Source: an uncultured delta proteobacterium (GTDB lineage: Bacteria > Myxococcota > Kuafuiibacteriia > Kuafuiibacteriales > Kuafuiibacteriaceae). From it: a DNA stretch of 64,000 nucleotides. The position numbers and the translations under genes are program-made. How positions within the stretch are numbered: position 1 is the first letter of the stretch; every line of letters begins with the position of its first letter. Shown piece by piece: positions 1-8,183 of the stretch. The stretch covers positions 1,152,001-1,216,000 of the forward strand of contig CAWDML010000009.1 in the NCBI GenBank assembly GCA_963803435.1, given 5' to 3'. Below the pieces are notes generated by a model that was given only the letters and a program-made list of their open reading frames with translations, had not been told where the DNA came from and did not search any database.

Positions 1-855
1 GGCCGTCACCGGTCCCTGTCGGATCGTGAACTGCAAGGGAGCTTGCGTATCGTCGTTTGCCAGGAAGACGTCGATCTCGACCTTCGGCGGGTTCTGGTTG
101 TCGAGCCCGACCGTCGGCCTGCGATCGAACACCGTATTCACCTCGTAGGCGCTGCGCTTCCCGCCCATGGTCTCGATCTCGACGACGCGGTTCACCGACG
201 CGTCCATGCGCCAGAGTCGCCGCGCCCCGAAGACGTCCTGGCAGCCCTTCATCCCCACCTCGAGGTCGACGCGCCGCGCCGCGTACACCATGGTGAGGAT
301 GTCCGTGAGGTCGTGCTCGCCGACGTAGGTCCTCGACAGCTCCTGCCCCTGGAGCAGGAAGTCGGCCGTCACCTTGCGTCCGTTCTCGTAGAACCGGATC
401 TTCTCCCAGCGTGGATCGCCGCCGTAGGTCGACTCGACGCGCACGCCGACCGGCGCCAGCGACACCGGATCGACGAGCGACATGTAGCGGCCCTCGAAGG
501 ACTCGAACGTGGAGACGAAGCCGTTGGTGCGGGCGCGACCGAACAGCGGGATCACCGTCCGGCCCTGGATCTGCCGCGGCTCCCCGATCTTGATCTCGAG
601 TCGGCCGACGAACGCCGCGCCCACGGTCAGCTCGTACGCGAGCTCCTCCCCGACCTTGAACGGGCTCTGGTTTCGGAGCGGCAGCTTGTCCATGCCGGCG
701 CAGCTCGGCTGGAGCTGGCGACGCACGACCGGGTGCGGGATGAGGACGCCCTGCCGCATCGTGTAGCGCCGGGCGTCCGGCTTCGAGGCGGCGCTCGCGG
801 GCAGCGTCACCAGCGCCGCGAGAAAGATCGAGGATGGGATCGAGGGCTTCGACAA
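1..855 (-). CDS. Exported DUF3108-like protein, partial (3' end runs off the window)
   Basis: Not in the ORF track. Segments translated by hand in this frame are open: TTG at 855 preceded by GAGAGGAG, a signal-like FLAALVTLPASA, then PFKVGEELAYELTVG, which resembles the DUF3108 N-terminal PFxxGExLxY motif. No stop in the last 60 nt before position 1. Confidence 0.6.
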   Translation of the reverse strand, partial: MSKPSIPSSIFLAALVTLPASAASKPDARRYTMRQGVLIPHPVVRRQLQPSCAGMDKLPLRNQSPFKVGEELAYELTVGAAFVGRLEIKIGEPRQIQGRTVIPLFGRARTNGFVSTFESFEGRYMSLVDPVSLAPVGVRVESTYGGDPRWEKIRFYENGRKVTADFLLQGQELSRTYVGEHDLTDILTMVYAARRVDLEVGMKGCQDVFGARRLWRMDASVNRVVEIETMGGKRSAYEVNTVFDRRPTVGLDNQNPPKVEIDVFLANDDTQAPLQFTIRQGPVTA

Positions 856-874
856 AAAGACTCCTCTCAGTATA

Positions 875-1549
875 GTGCCGGCCATCGCTCCAACGCGTGA
901 CAGGGCTGCTCTTCTTTCCGTGCTCCTCGGGTTGTCTCTGGTTGGGACGGCGTGGGCGGAGCGCCCACAACGCGTTTCTCCCGCAGAGTTTGGACGGGTC
1001 TTTCGCGAGAATCGCCAGGCGTTGGTCCGCGTGAAGGGCACCACGTGGCGGTCCTACGCCAGCGGCTTCGTGGTGGGGGCGCGCAACGAGATCGTGTTCG
1101 GTGCGAAGGAGTCTCCCACCCCCGAGCTCGAGGTCATCACCGTGGATGGCGCGCGGCACACCGCGGATCTCCTCGGCTACGATCGAGAGCTGGCGATCGG
1201 CGTGGCCCGCGTCCGCGACGGCCACCTGGTGCCCCTCCGCGTGTCGGCGCGCCCCGGGCTGGTGCGGGGCGACTGGGTGATCGCGATGACCCACGACGAG
1301 CGCGGCCGCGCGCAGCCGTTCGCTGGCGTGGTGGAGAGCGACCTCGAGCAGGCGGCGCATCCCAAGGGCGCGCTGGTCGCGCGGGTCGACGTCCCCGGGC
1401 GGCCGGGCAGCCCGGTGCTCTCGACCCGCGGAGAGCTGGTCGGGCTGGCGCTCGATCCCGGCCGTCGCCGGACGCGGGTGGTGGCCATCGAGACCGTGGT
1501 CCCGTTCCTCAGGATGGTGGTGCTTGCCGACGGAAGCCAAGAGCGCTGA
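875..1549 (+). CDS. Secreted trypsin-like (HtrA/S1C-fold) protein, probably catalytically inactive
   Basis: Signal peptide; ASGFVV, LLGYDRELAIGV and GDWVIAM motifs; GRPGSPVLSTRGELVGL in place of GNSGGPL. Lies directly upstream of a CPBP protease, as in the myxobacterial MXAN_2756/MXAN_2755 arrangement (from memory). Confidence 0.7.
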   Translation: MPAIAPTRDRAALLSVLLGLSLVGTAWAERPQRVSPAEFGRVFRENRQALVRVKGTTWRSYASGFVVGARNEIVFGAKESPTPELEVITVDGARHTADLLGYDRELAIGVARVRDGHLVPLRVSARPGLVRGDWVIAMTHDERGRAQPFAGVVESDLEQAAHPKGALVARVDVPGRPGSPVLSTRGELVGLALDPGRRRTRVVAIETVVPFLRMVVLADGSQER

Positions 1550-2234
1550 CGGCGAGGCGCGTCCGGTCGATCGCGACACGCTGATCCGCGAGGTCGTGAT
1601 CGCCTCTGCCGGGATCCTGATCGCGTTCGGGCTCCTCAAGCAGTTCGGGCCCGCCATCCCGTTTCTCGGCGATCACGTCTTCACGATCGCCGCCGCGATT
1701 CAGCTCTACGTGCCACTGCTCCTGATCGGCCGCCGCGGGATCACGCGGCAGACGCTGGGCCTCACGTTCGCCCGCTGGAAGGAGGATCTGGGGATGTTCG
1801 CGGCGCTCGCTGCGGTCACCACGATCCCGTTCGCGATCGGCCACCACTTCTGGATGACCGAGCTCTACCACTACCGCTTCCAGCTGCGCTTTCCGGATGG
1901 GTTCTTCGAGAAGGTGCTGACCCAGATCTTCGTGGTGGCGCTGGCCGAGGAGCTCTTCTACCGCGGTTATCTGCAAGAGCGGTTGCAGCGGATCTGGCCG
2001 GCCCGCGGTACCTTGCTGGGCGCGCCCTTCGGCGCCGCGATCGTGGTGGCGGCAGCGGTGTTCGCGATGGCGCACTTCGTCGGCGAGTACCGCTTCGATC
2101 GGCTGGGACCGTTCTTCCCGGCGCTGCTCTTCGGTCTCCTGCGCGCGCGCACGGGGACAATCGTCGGCGCGATCGCCTACCACGCGTACTGCAACCTGCT
2201 CGGCGACGTGCTGTGGAGCTGCTACCGGCCGTAG
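1524..2234 (+). CDS. CPBP/CAAX-family glutamic intramembrane protease, myxosortase-like
   Basis: Multiple TM helices; AEELFYRGYLQ (EExxxR), FAMAH and YHAYCN motifs; paired with a trypsin-like gene. Confidence 0.8.
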   Translation: MPTEAKSADGEARPVDRDTLIREVVIASAGILIAFGLLKQFGPAIPFLGDHVFTIAAAIQLYVPLLLIGRRGITRQTLGLTFARWKEDLGMFAALAAVTTIPFAIGHHFWMTELYHYRFQLRFPDGFFEKVLTQIFVVALAEELFYRGYLQERLQRIWPARGTLLGAPFGAAIVVAAAVFAMAHFVGEYRFDRLGPFFPALLFGLLRARTGTIVGAIAYHAYCNLLGDVLWSCYRP

Positions 2235-3355
2235 AGCTCGACGACGCAGACCGTGTCCCCTCGTACGGCGACGCCCAGGCCGAGCTCGACCGCGGTGGGG
2301 GAGAGCAGGTTCACCCGGTGGCTCGGGCTGAGGAGGAAATTCTCGTGGGCGCTCTCCACCGTCTGCGCGATCGCCACATTCTCGGCGACCGATCCCCGGA
2401 AGCCCTCCGCGCGGGCCCGCGCCGGCGGATCGCGCCCGCCGAGGACGTGCGCGGCCACCAGCGTGCGACACACCGTCGCGGCGTGCTTCTCGGCCGCTCG
2501 ATCGAGGGGCGCGCTGCGGACCAGCGGAGCCAGGTCCCTCGCGCTGCGGACCGCGGCGATCAGACGCTCGAGGGAGGCGGCATCGTTCTTTTGAGTGGAA
2601 CGCGGAGGGACGGCGGGCTCGGCCCTCGGAACGCCGACGGCGAAGGTCCAGAGGGCGGCGACCTCAGGCCCGCGATCGCGCTCGGCGAGGAGCTCCACCG
2701 TGTATCGACCCTTGCCGCGATCGATGGGGACCCGGAGCGAGAGGAGGTCGCCCCGCCGCGCCACCGTTCGGGGCTCGACGTGGCCCTCCAGGCACAGCGG
2801 GGTGGTGCACGGCCCCAGCGCGAAGGCCTCGACCCGGACCCCAGGGAGCGCCCGGCCCCGAACCACCACGGGGCCCCGCTTCGGGCTCGGCGGGAGGGGC
2901 GCCAGCGTCACCAGGCGCCGGGAGAGGATCGCCACCAAGGCCCTGCGGTCCCCATGCTCCGCGAAGGCGAGCCCGAGGTGGGTAGCGCCCCGCAATCGGG
3001 CCCAATCGGCGAACTCGAGCAGCTTGGCGCCGAGGGCCTCGCTGTCCTCTCCGAGGCCGGAGAACGGGAAGAGCTGCGCGTCGGCCAGCCCTTCCCGGGC
3101 GAGGTCGGCCTCCAGGCGGGGCCGGGTCGCGCGGGCCGGATCCTCGAGGATGGCGCGGGCGTGCCGCCGGGCCGCTTGGGAGAGGGAGGGGTCGACGATG
3201 AGCGGTTTACCCGTCGAGGCCCGGACGGCAACGGCCTCGATCAACTGGCTCGGGCGGGGTTCCGCCCCTGCCGGAACTGTGAAGAAGAGTAAAATGAGGG
3301 TGATCACTGCTCGACGGGCAGAAAAAGGTGAGAACCTCTCTGAGCGTCGAAACAT
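2222..3355 (-). CDS. Secreted CAP (SCP-like) domain protein
   Basis: C-terminal LDRAAEKHA, AENVA and SPSHRVNLL motifs; hydrophobic signal segment after the ATG at 3355. Start codon uncertain. Confidence 0.75.
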   Translation of the reverse strand: MFRRSERFSPFSARRAVITLILLFFTVPAGAEPRPSQLIEAVAVRASTGKPLIVDPSLSQAARRHARAILEDPARATRPRLEADLAREGLADAQLFPFSGLGEDSEALGAKLLEFADWARLRGATHLGLAFAEHGDRRALVAILSRRLVTLAPLPPSPKRGPVVVRGRALPGVRVEAFALGPCTTPLCLEGHVEPRTVARRGDLLSLRVPIDRGKGRYTVELLAERDRGPEVAALWTFAVGVPRAEPAVPPRSTQKNDAASLERLIAAVRSARDLAPLVRSAPLDRAAEKHAATVCRTLVAAHVLGGRDPPARARAEGFRGSVAENVAIAQTVESAHENFLLSPSHRVNLLSPTAVELGLGVAVRGDTVCVVELYGR

Positions 3356-3600
3356 TTCGACGACCTTTTTCGTTTGGAACAGAGGCGACGGGTGAGCATT
3401 CGCTGCGGGCCGAGGACAATGTCTACACAGCCGGTGACAGTTTGTCAGGGTACGGAACACCACTCGACGATCGCTCGACCGGGGAAGCGCTCGAATTTCA
3501 TGGACCCAGTAACTTCCCGCAATTTTGGTCCGGATCGTGCCTTTGATTTTGGATGGGACGAGATGCCAAGCTCGTCCCTCACGTAGGTCAGGGAGAAGAC

Positions 3601-4254
3601 ATGTTCGGATTCAGACGACACTCCAACAACACCCAACGATCGGAGTTCGAGTCCCTCACGCTCGAGCACATGGACGCCCTCTACGGGGCGGCCTTGCGGC
3701 TCACCCGGAGCCCCAAGGATGCGGAGGATCTGGTCCAGGACACCTTCCTCAAGGCCTTCCGGTTCTTCGACAGCTTCGAGCGCGGCACCAACATCAAGGC
3801 CTGGCTCTTCAAGATCCAGACAAACACCTTCATCAACAAGTACCGCCGGAAGGTGAAGGAGCGGGAGGTCGCCGAGACCCCCGCCGAGGATATCGTGCTG
3901 GATCGCTTCGTCTCTTCGGAGCAAGTGCGCGCCCTGCAGGATCCGGAAGGCGACTTCTTCGGCCGGCTGCTCTCCGACGAGGTCGTCGAGGCCCTCGATC
4001 AGGTTCCCGTCGACTTCCGCATGGTCGTCATCCTGGCCGACATTCAGGGCTTCTCGTACAAGGAGATCGCGGAGATCGTCGGCTGCCCGGTCGGCACCGT
4101 GATGAGCCGGCTGTTCCGGGGACGGCGCATCCTCCAGAAACACCTCTATCAGTACGCCATTCGCGAAGGCATCATCAGCCCGCAGATCGACGATGCCGGG
4201 CATGCGATCGACCTGGACGAATACCGAAGCCGGAAGAAGCAAAAGACCGCCTGA
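3601..4254 (+). CDS. ECF RNA polymerase sigma factor (SigR/SigH-like; RpoE1-like by synteny)
   Basis: Region 2 DAEDLVQDTFLKAFR...GTNIKAWL; region 4 FSYKEIAEIVGCPVGTVMSRLFRGR; GGAG before the ATG at 3601 (ORF is open from 3553). Confidence 0.92.
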   Translation: MFGFRRHSNNTQRSEFESLTLEHMDALYGAALRLTRSPKDAEDLVQDTFLKAFRFFDSFERGTNIKAWLFKIQTNTFINKYRRKVKEREVAETPAEDIVLDRFVSSEQVRALQDPEGDFFGRLLSDEVVEALDQVPVDFRMVVILADIQGFSYKEIAEIVGCPVGTVMSRLFRGRRILQKHLYQYAIREGIISPQIDDAGHAIDLDEYRSRKKQKTA

Positions 4255-4353
4255 CCGACGCCCCGCCCCTCCCCAATCCCTCCAAGACACTCCAAATCCT
4301 GGGTTTCGTAGCGTTCAGCACGCCTGCGCCGTGCGTCTCTTGCGCTTTCGCCT

Positions 4354-4379
4354 GGAATGACTCTCAATGCTCTAGCGTT
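4354..4379 (+). promoter_or_regulatory. Candidate ECF promoter GGAAT-N18-GTT upstream of the anti-sigma gene
   Basis: GGAAT at 4354-4358, 18-nt spacer, GTT at 4377-4379. Matches the SigR/SigH-type consensus and sits next to a SigR/SigH-like sigma gene. Confidence 0.5.
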
Positions 4380-4447
4380 TCCTGGACGCCCCACCTGCGA
4401 GTGGGCCCTTGTGGGCCTGGGCTCTGCCGGCGGTGAAGGCACAAACC

Positions 4448-5233
4448 ATGGACTGCCGTGAGGTTGATCGACTCGCCGACCTCAGCTTGGACGGCGAAAC
4501 AGAGCTCCCGGAGCAGGCGGAAGTCGAAGGCCATCTGGTCGCCTGCACCCACTGCCGCGCGAAGCACGAGGGGCGCTCCTGGTTCCACAACCGGCTGCGC
4601 GCCAAGTTGCGGGAGTCGTCGGACGAGCTGGCGGCGCCCACCTCCTTGAAGCTTCAGATCGCGACCCAGCTGCGTGTCCAGGATCGGCACGGGCCGGCCT
4701 CGCTGCGCTGGGGCCGCGCGGTGCCGGCGACGCTCGCGCTCGGGACTGTGGTGATCTTGAGCTGGACCATGTCCTCCACCGGGTCGACGCTCGACCCGGA
4801 GGAGCAGGTGGCCCACCACAGCCGGAACCTGCCGCCCGAGGTCCGCGGGCGCGACGGCGAGAAGCTCGAGCAACTCTTCCAGCGGAACCTCCGTTACCCG
4901 GTGCGCGTGCCCCGGCTCTCCCAGCCGAACGACCCCAGCGGAGCCACGGTCCAGCTCGTGGGTGGCCGCCTCTCCAACATCAAGAACCGCGACGCGGCGT
5001 ACATCATGTATGACGATCGGGGTGCTCGGATCTCGCTGTTCGCGTACCCGATCGACGGGCAGGTCAACCTGCCCAAGGACTTCCAGGAGCAGCGCGTCGG
5101 AAATCGCAGCATGATGGTGGGTAAGCATCGAGGCTACAACGTGGTCGCGTGGGCGTCGGGCGACGTCCTCTATTCGCTGGTGTCCGAAGTGGATCCGGTC
5201 GAGCTGGTGCAACTCGCCTCCACGATCGAGTGA
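4448..5233 (+). CDS. Zinc-binding (ZAS/zf-HC2) membrane anti-sigma factor
   Basis: MDC...GHLVACTHC (HxxxCxxC), one TM helix, periplasmic C-terminal domain; directly downstream of the ECF sigma. Confidence 0.88.
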   Translation: MDCREVDRLADLSLDGETELPEQAEVEGHLVACTHCRAKHEGRSWFHNRLRAKLRESSDELAAPTSLKLQIATQLRVQDRHGPASLRWGRAVPATLALGTVVILSWTMSSTGSTLDPEEQVAHHSRNLPPEVRGRDGEKLEQLFQRNLRYPVRVPRLSQPNDPSGATVQLVGGRLSNIKNRDAAYIMYDDRGARISLFAYPIDGQVNLPKDFQEQRVGNRSMMVGKHRGYNVVAWASGDVLYSLVSEVDPVELVQLASTIE

Positions 5234-5273
5234 TCGGGCCAGAGGTTTCGCGGGTTTGTGCTCGGCTGCTCGT

Positions 5274-5302
5274 TTGACATGAAATCAGGCCGGTCGTAGC
5301 TT
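5274..5302 (+). promoter_or_regulatory. Sigma70-type promoter for the FrzS-like gene (leaderless or near-leaderless)
   Basis: TTGACA (5274-5279), 17 nt, TAGCTT (5297-5302), 8 nt, ATG; no Shine-Dalgarno. Confidence 0.6.
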
Positions 5303-5310
5303 CGGCCAGC

Positions 5311-6865
5311 ATGGGATCGGTTCTCATCATTGACGCCGACGACGGCTTCGCGAGCGATCTCGTCAGCGTGCTCAGCTCGCGAGGGCTCGACGTTCAGGTC
5401 ACACCCGACGGCAAAGCCGGCTTGGATCTTGCGCGCATCAACATCCCCGACGCGATCGTGCTGTGTGTCGAGCTGCCGCGGATGTCGGGGTACTCGATCT
5501 GCGCCAAGCTCAAGAAGGACACCACGCTCAAGACGGTACCGCTGATCATCACCAGCGCGGAGGCTACACAGGAGACGTTCGAGCACCACAAGAAGCTGAA
5601 GACGCGGGCCGAAGAGTACATGAAGAAGCCGTTCGCGCCGGAGGACTTGGTGCATGTCCTCGCCGCGTATGTCGGCATGTCGACCGCCAACGGCCACGAG
5701 GTGGTCTCCGAAGAGCTCTCGATGGACGACGACGTCGAGCCGGCGACGCTCAACGATGACGAGGTCTTCGACGCACACGAAGGCGACGGAATGGCGTCCA
5801 TCGATCAGGAGATCCAGAACCTGAAAAAGCAGCAGTTCCTGCCACCGGATCTCACCGGTGGCGCCGCGCTTCAGGAGACCTTCGACGACGAAGACATGAT
5901 GACCACCGTCGGTGGGGCGACCGAGGAGGTGCTGCAGGCCGCCAAGGCCGAGGTCGAGCGTCACGCCCAGGAGATCCAGAAGCTCAAGGCCCAGCTCGCC
6001 AGCGAGAAGGAGGCCCGGACCAGGTCCGAGCGGGAGCGCGACCTCGCCCTCGCGAACGAGAAGGCCGCCGCCGCCCAGCTGCAGAAGATGAGCTCGAGCC
6101 AACCGCCGACCGCGGCGTCGACAGGCCGCGAGGTGCTCGAGCTCAAGAAGCAGCTCAACGCCAAGGACCGCGAAGTCCTCGATCTGAAGGGTCAGCTTCA
6201 GGAGAAGGAAAAGGACAGCCTGGCCGGTCGCGACAAGGAGATGGAGCTCGAGAGCCAGATCGTCGAGGCGCGGGAGGCCCAGTCGGCCGCCGAGCAGAGC
6301 CGCTCCCAGCTCGAGGCCAAGCTCGCCGCGGTCGAGGCCCGCGCGCACGAGATCGAGCGCTCGTCGGCGGCGAAGATCGAGCAGATGGATCGGCAGCTGG
6401 CCCAGCTCAACACGCAGGCCGCCGAGCTCGATGGGACCGTCCAGTCTCTCACCCAGGAGCTCAATGACGCGCAGGAGGACCTCGAGGCCCTCAACGCCAA
6501 GAATCAGGAGCACCAGTCGAAGATCTCTCACCTCAACAACGAGCTCGGCGCCTCGCGCTCGGAGGCCTCCGGCCTCAGGGATCAGCTCGGAGACGCGCAG
6601 GACACGATCCGCGAGCTCAACGACCAGATCGACGGCATCCGCTCGTCCCTCGACTCGGCCAACGACGAGAATCAAGAACCTCAAGTCGAGCATCGACGAG
6701 ACCGAGGACCGTTTGTCGCGGGCGTACCAGAAGATCCGCGAGGACGAGGACGTGAAGGCGAAGGCCAAGAAGGCCCTCGAGATCGCCTCCGCGCTGCTGG
6801 TGGAGGCCGGCTTCTCCGCAGACGGCGAGCCCTCCGACGACCTCGACAAGATCGCCGCGGGGTGA
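5311..6865 (+). CDS. frzS: FrzS-like pseudo-receiver/coiled-coil protein; +1 frameshift near 6670 (probable sequencing error)
   Basis: Atypical receiver lacking the phospho-Asp (DAIVLCVEL) with FEHHKKLKTRAEEY; long coiled coil; conserved tail LSRAYQKIREDEDVKAKAKKALEIA lies in the second frame (ORF 6431-6865). Follows ECF/anti-sigma genes as in Myxococcus. Confidence 0.7.
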
Positions 6866-6867
6866 GC

Positions 6868-7008
6868 CCGTGGGGCCCCGGTCGGCCAACCCGTCCGATC
6901 GTTCGCTGTTCGCACGAGCTGGTGAGGAACAGCGAATGCCAGAACAAGTGCAACCCGGAATAGCGAACGGCCCGCCCACCCACTCTTCGCGTCCAGGCCG
7001 TGGGGCCC
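6868..7008. repeat. Intergenic element: 11-bp direct repeats flanking alternative hairpins
   Basis: CCGTGGGGCCC at 6868-6878 and 6998-7008. TTCGCTGTTC (6902-6911) pairs perfectly with GAACAGCGAA (6927-6936), or with one G-U with GAATAGCGAA (6958-6967). Lies between convergent genes. Confidence 0.5.
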
Positions 7009-7021
7009 GAACAGGCTGGCG

Positions 7022-8165
7022 TCAGCCGTCCTTGTTGCGGACGAGCTGGGCGGCGCGGTTGCGGACGCCGGCCTGGACGTTCTTCGACTTGGCGACGAGC
7101 TTGAGATCGCGGCCGTTGAGGAGGGGGACCAGCTTCATGGCGTCGGGGAGCGGAGCCTTGGGGTTGTTCACCAGCGCCAGCTTCACCTGGTAGTTCCGGA
7201 CCCAGTTGTTCTTCTTGTCCTTGGCGATGTGGGCGATGACGTCGGAGTGGACGGTGCGGGACTGGGCGGCGGCGATGATCTCGCTCTCGGTGACGGCCGG
7301 TGAGGTGACGGCAGCGAGGGCGACCAGGCGGTTGGTGTCGCGCATGAAGAGGGAGCGGACGGTCTTGGTGCCTTTGGTGGCCAGGGCCACCTTCTGGGGT
7401 GTGCTCAGATCGCGGACCAGCTGCTCGACCGTGCGGCGCGCCTGCTCGGTGACGTCGCCTTCCTCGTCCTCCTCGATGAGCCGGCGGGTGCCGCGCTCGG
7501 CCTTCTGCTCGTCGGTGAGGAACTGCTCGTCGAGGAGCTCGAGCGGGATGTCGCCGAGGAGCGCGTCGGCCGCCTTGAGACGCTCCTCACCGGTGAGGCG
7601 GAGCAGGGCGTCGGCGAACTCGGCGACGCCCTCCAGGATGATCCCGTTGCGGACGAGGAAGTCGATGACGCGATCGACGGTGGATTTGAGCGCGTTTCCG
7701 TTGCGGATGAGGGCCCGGGCAATCTCGGGGGCGTCCAGCACGCGGGCCTGATTGTTCGCGATGATTCTCGCAGGTCGCCTCGGAGCAGACCTCGGCCACC
7801 GAGGCAAACGCGGCCGTGGGCGTGCTGGGGTTGAGGAGGATCTTCTCGGCGAAGGCGTCGTTGGTGGCGACCGCCTTGGCCAGGAACCCGAGGACCCAGG
7901 GGTTGATCGATTTGTCCGTCAAGACCGCGTTGCCGATGCGGGCGTCCAGCTCGGTGAGGCTCTTCTCGGCGGCCGCTCGGACCTTTTCATCGGGATCGAA
8001 GGTCAGGACGTACTGCGCGGTGACCAGGTCCTTGGGCGCCATCGGCGCCATCCCGCGGGCCGTCATCAGGCGGAGGGGAGGGGGCGCCTTGTCTCCGGCG
8101 TGTCGGAGCACCGCCGCTTCCATCTGGTCGACGGGGATGGGGCAGGTTCCGGGTGCGTCGCTCAT
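7022..8165 (-). CDS. Conserved helical hypothetical protein (myxobacterial type), +1 frameshift near 7765
   Basis: ORFs 7587-8165 and 7022-7807 join into one frame if one base is removed at GATTCTC (7763-7769). C-terminal NYQVKLALVNNPKAP...LKLVAKSKNV motif. Confidence 0.7.
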
Positions 8166-8183
8166 CGATCGGGGGGAAGTGTA

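Noticed and set aside
43-900. 285-aa plus-strand ORF
   Set aside because: Shadow frame. The minus strand carries a DUF3108-like gene with an RBS and signal peptide.
3360-3600. Autoregulatory ECF promoter upstream of the sigma gene (GGAAC at 3376 and 3454)
   Set aside because: The -10 positions read ATT and GAC rather than GTT; too weak to call.
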